This document shows, piece after piece, positions 1-1,441 of a DNA stretch of 1,441 nt; position 1 is the stretch's first letter; each line of letters begins with the position of its first letter. The stretch comes from Naegleria gruberi (lineage: Eukaryota), in the NCBI GenBank assembly GCA_000004985.1, contig GG739422.1; one strand, given 5' to 3'. The position numbers and the translations under genes are program-made. The notes beneath the pieces are model-generated. The model was given only the letters and a program-made list of their open reading frames with translations, was not told the DNA's origin and did not search any database.

Positions 1-49
1 TTTTACGCTCTCAATGAATCTTGGTAAGTGTTCGTTGAAGTGAGGTTTC

Positions 50-80
50 AGATATCATCGAATGATATCTTTTTTATTTT
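50..80 (+). terminator. Candidate rho-independent terminator closing an upstream + strand gene
   Basis: Read directly from the sequence: AGATATCAT (50-58) pairs with ATGATATCT (62-70), a perfect 9-bp stem with a 3-nt CGA loop, followed immediately by TTTTTATTTT (71-80). All three + frames reach stop codons at 15-17, 25-27 or 41-43, consistent with an upstream gene ending just before the hairpin. The stem is AT-rich and therefore weak, with only 2 GC pairs. The minus-strand side has no T-run, so the element is unidirectional. Confidence 0.45.
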
Positions 81-127
81 AATTTCAATTTAGTTTATGC
101 CTCCTACTCGCATCTCCTAATTTTTTT

Positions 128-154
128 CTTATCTTTACTAATACTATTGATAAG
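128..154. repeat. Inverted repeat CTTATC-N15-GATAAG, flanked on both outer sides by T7 runs
   Basis: CTTATC (128-133) and GATAAG (149-154) are exact reverse complements separated by the 15-nt spacer TTTACTAATACTATT. T-runs at 121-127 and 155-161 flank the pair. It lies within the most AT-rich part of the intergenic spacer. Confidence 0.5.
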
Positions 155-175
155 TTTTTTTATAAGAGCCATATT
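147..175 (+). promoter_or_regulatory. Candidate sigma70-like promoter (distal): TTGATA -35, 17-bp spacer, CATATT -10
   Basis: TTGATA at 147-152 matches TTGACA at 5 of 6 positions. CATATT at 170-175 matches TATAAT at 4 of 6. The spacer is 17 bp. The predicted TSS is around 182-184, just upstream of the dyad region 186-264, which would then be transcribed as a structured 5' leader. This is a sequence-only call in very AT-rich DNA, where chance matches are frequent. Confidence 0.25.
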
Positions 176-185
176 TATTAATCTC

Positions 186-227
186 GGGACCTGCTAATAA
201 AGATTTATATCCATTAAAGCAGGTCTC
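186..227. promoter_or_regulatory. Large dyad symmetry: candidate operator or leader-RNA hairpin
   Basis: GGGACCTGCT (186-195) pairs with AGCAGGTCTC (218-227), giving a 10-bp stem of 9 Watson-Crick pairs plus one G·T wobble. The core GACCTGCT/AGCAGGTC (188-195/218-225) is a perfect 8-bp inverted repeat. The loop or spacer is 22 nt, AATAAAGATTTATATCCATTAA. No T-tract follows, so it is not a terminator. It is the most GC-rich stem in the intergenic region. Confidence 0.4.
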
Positions 228-237
228 AAGGCTGAAT

Positions 238-250
238 CACCTTAAAGGTG
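238..250. promoter_or_regulatory. Perfect 13-nt palindrome CACCTTAAAGGTG: candidate transcription-factor site
   Basis: CACCTT-A-AAGGTG is self-complementary about its central A at 244. It is nested within imperfect outer complementarity, CTCAAGG (225-231) against CCCTGAG (258-264) with one mismatch. Its centre lies about 37-42 bp upstream of the TATAAT at 281-286. Confidence 0.4.
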
Positions 251-256
251 AAACAG

Positions 257-293
257 TCCCTGAGCTTTAATACCCATTAGTATAATTACTTGT
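257..293 (+). promoter_or_regulatory. Candidate proximal promoter: perfect -10 TATAAT (281-286) without a recognisable -35
   Basis: TATAAT at 281-286 is a 6/6 match to the -10 consensus. The best -35 candidates 16-18 bp upstream, CCCTGA and CTGAGC, are poor, and there is no TGn extended -10 (the preceding triplet is TAG). The predicted TSS is around 293, leaving a ~23-nt leader before the TTG at 316. The poor -35 together with the dyads immediately upstream would fit an activator-dependent promoter. Confidence 0.3.
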
Positions 294-315
294 TCTCAAT
301 CTTGTTTTTATTAAT

Positions 316-615
316 TTGCAATGTAACACTTGTTTTACAGAACCAAAATTTCAAATAGAGAAGAACACTTGTGATATTTTTGGTGTCTCTACAGTAATGT
401 CAAGATTGGAAATATGTAGTAATATTAATATTAATGAGAAGGATAAGTTTGGAAACAATATCCTTCATTATCTCTTCTCTAATGGAAGAGGAATTGGTTG
501 GATGCAATTTCTTTCCAAATTTTCACAGGACGAAATTAAATTACTTGGAACAGAATCAAACATTTTCGGTATTACCCCGAAATGGCTGTTTTACATGGCT
601 ACAACTTGGGAATAG
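316..615 (+). CDS. Small ankyrin-repeat-like protein (99 aa) with an uncertain start
   Basis: The ORF runs 316-615, with a TTG start and a TAG stop at 613-615. An in-frame TAA at 283-285 means it cannot extend further upstream. The first in-frame ATG is at 397-399 (M28), which would give a 73-aa product. No Shine-Dalgarno sequence precedes either candidate start. Motifs: DKFGNNILHY (aa 43-52) fits ankyrin G-x-T-P-L-H with G46 and H51. FGITPKWL (aa 84-91) fits G-x-TP, with K and W replacing the usual L and H. The codon usage is AT-rich and consistent with ORF2. Confidence 0.5.
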   Translation: MQCNTCFTEPKFQIEKNTCDIFGVSTVMSRLEICSNININEKDKFGNNILHYLFSNGRGIGWMQFLSKFSQDEIKLLGTESNIFGITPKWLFYMATTWE

Positions 616-683
616 GTGGTTTTAATAAGAAATTCTGTTTCGACTCTTTCGTTCAAACCTTTGGCAATACGGATTTTTCTTGA

Positions 684-1430
684 ATGTTACTATTTGATGG
701 ATTAATGGTGAATGAAAAAATCTATTTTGCTTTCATTAATGATCAACAAATCAAAAAATATGAAGAATACAGAGATATTAACTTTAGAGATGAGAATGGA
801 AGACATTTGGTTCACTATTCAACCAATTGTTTCAGTGCAACAATACAACATTTGGGTTTAGAATTGAAAGATGTTGTCTTTTGCAAAGATGATAATCAAA
901 CAATGCCCATCCAAACTTTTTACAATAGTTATCTTATAGCTTTGGACCATTTAGGACATATTGAGAATATGCCTAAATTGAACTTTTTTTCATATACTGA
1001 TAACTTTGGAATGTGTAGATATTTATATTTATTAATGGGGTATAACATTAATACTCACTTATTGGTAACAGAAGCCAATACAATTGGATTTGATTACTCT
1101 TCAGGTGAACCTGAACTTGTATCATTGTGTACCCATTATTTGAACGGTCTTTATCATTTTTCAATTGAGAAAAGCCCTTTACAACAATTAAGAAATATCA
1201 AATACTATGGATGTATTGATGGAGACGATATTTCACATTATGTGACGAGATATTATTTGAGTTTAATTAAGAAAAATCCTGGAAGATATACAGACCATTC
1301 AATCATCCAAGTCTTAATTGCTCGAGGATTGAAACTTGATATTGTAAGAAACTTGGAGGGACAAACAGCTTTCGATTTAATGGATAAATTCACAGGAACG
1401 CCCCGAATGATGGCACTTGTGAAAGATTGA
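684..1430 (+). CDS. Divergent ankyrin-repeat-like protein (248 aa), eukaryotic-like
   Basis: A 747-nt ORF with an ATG start at 684 and a TGA stop at 1428-1430. An uninterrupted reading frame of this length is unlikely by chance at ~30% GC. An in-frame TGA at 681-683 sits immediately before the ATG, so the N-terminus cannot extend upstream. An alternative start at ATG 705-707 (M8) is possible. There is no clear Shine-Dalgarno sequence; the best candidates are GGA at 699-701 or ACGGA at 669-673. Ankyrin-like motifs: ENGRHLVHY (G39...H44), GDDISHY (G180...H185), LDHLGHIENM (aa 88-97, resembling the ankyrin GH turn), and a C-terminal near-canonical repeat HSIIQVLIARGLKLDIVRNLEGQTAFDLMDK (aa 205-235) with a G-x-TA-x-DL ending. 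The protein contains no Trp. Confidence 0.7.
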   Translation: MLLFDGLMVNEKIYFAFINDQQIKKYEEYRDINFRDENGRHLVHYSTNCFSATIQHLGLELKDVVFCKDDNQTMPIQTFYNSYLIALDHLGHIENMPKLNFFSYTDNFGMCRYLYLLMGYNINTHLLVTEANTIGFDYSSGEPELVSLCTHYLNGLYHFSIEKSPLQQLRNIKYYGCIDGDDISHYVTRYYLSLIKKNPGRYTDHSIIQVLIARGLKLDIVRNLEGQTAFDLMDKFTGTPRMMALVKD

Positions 1431-1441
1431 AGAAAGTTGTG

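Noticed and set aside
90-118. Minus-strand AGGAG and AGGAGG motifs (reverse complements of CTCCT at 114-118 and CCTCCT at 99-104), read as possible ribosome-binding sites for a minus-strand gene.
   Set aside because: The only ATG nearby (complement of 111-113) directly abuts the AGGAG with zero spacing and opens a 7-codon ORF (MRVGGIN*). The second motif is followed by no start codon before a stop. No minus-strand ORF of meaningful length exists in the window.
182-264. Whether the structured GC-richer block could be a tRNA, a tmRNA fragment, or a terminal inverted repeat of an IS element or MITE.
   Set aside because: There is no T-loop (GGTTCGA-like) or D-loop signature and no cloverleaf-compatible arrangement. 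No second copy or target-site duplication is visible in the window, and no transposase ORF is adjacent. A regulatory dyad or structured leader is the more parsimonious reading.
434-625. A 63-aa ORF in a second + frame (MRRISLETISFI...) that lies entirely within and overlaps ORF1.
   Set aside because: It sits in an alternative frame of a more plausible gene and has no recognisable motif. Long alternative-frame ORFs are expected in AT-rich coding sequence, so it is most likely spurious.
636-657. Imperfect inverted repeat GTTTCGAC...GTTCAAAC in the ORF1-ORF2 spacer, read as a possible internal terminator or operator.
   Set aside because: Only 6 of 8 positions are complementary, with two central mismatches, and no T-tract follows. 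It is indistinguishable from chance in AT-rich DNA.
681-1441. The possibility that TGA encodes Trp (genetic code 4). The TGA-ATG junction at 681-686 and the TGA stop of ORF2 at 1428-1430 would then be read through, fusing frame 0 (540-680) with ORF2 and extending it beyond the window.
   Set aside because: ORF1 uses TGG for Trp three times. ORF2 simply lacks Trp, and the expected count is only ~2-3 in 248 aa. Standard code 11 explains the data, and there is no positive evidence for recoding.
1-1441. Giant-virus (Mimiviridae-like) origin, suggested by the AT-rich ankyrin genes and hairpin-type 3' elements.
   Set aside because: The mimivirus early promoter octamer AAAATTGA is absent from the whole window. 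The closest matches are TAAATTGA at 975-982 and TCAATTGA near 1160. A perfect bacterial-type TATAAT and a T-tract terminator are present instead. This cannot be excluded, but it is not supported.

Overview
This 1441-bp window is AT-rich (roughly 30% GC) and prokaryote-like, with every supportable feature on the + strand. The first ~50 nt look like the 3' end of an upstream gene, since all three + frames hit stop codons by nt 43. A rho-independent-terminator-like hairpin with a T-tract follows at 50-80. Next comes a ~235-bp non-coding, extremely AT-rich spacer at 81-315. It carries a CTTATC-N15-GATAAG inverted repeat and two candidate sigma70-like promoters. Between and upstream of these sits a compound dyad-symmetry block at 186-264: a 10-bp stem with a 22-nt loop, followed by a perfect 13-nt palindrome. 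Two co-oriented ORFs follow, at 316-615 (99 aa, TTG start) and 684-1430 (248 aa, ATG start). Both carry degenerate ankyrin-repeat-like motifs, variants of G-x-T-P-L-H in which the conserved His is followed by Tyr, and the C-terminal repeat of ORF2 has a G-x-TA-x-DL ending. They look like a tandem pair of divergent eukaryotic-like ankyrin-repeat proteins, or the remnants of one degraded gene. Genes of this kind are typically effectors or accessory genes in AT-rich intracellular bacteria, and occasionally occur in giant viruses. Neither ORF has a convincing Shine-Dalgarno sequence. I see no tRNA or rRNA, no CRISPR array, no mobile-element termini, and no minus-strand ORF of meaningful length. 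Nothing here looks like a novel multi-gene system. The most interesting items are the structured dyad region upstream of the ankyrin-like genes and the non-canonical ankyrin variants.
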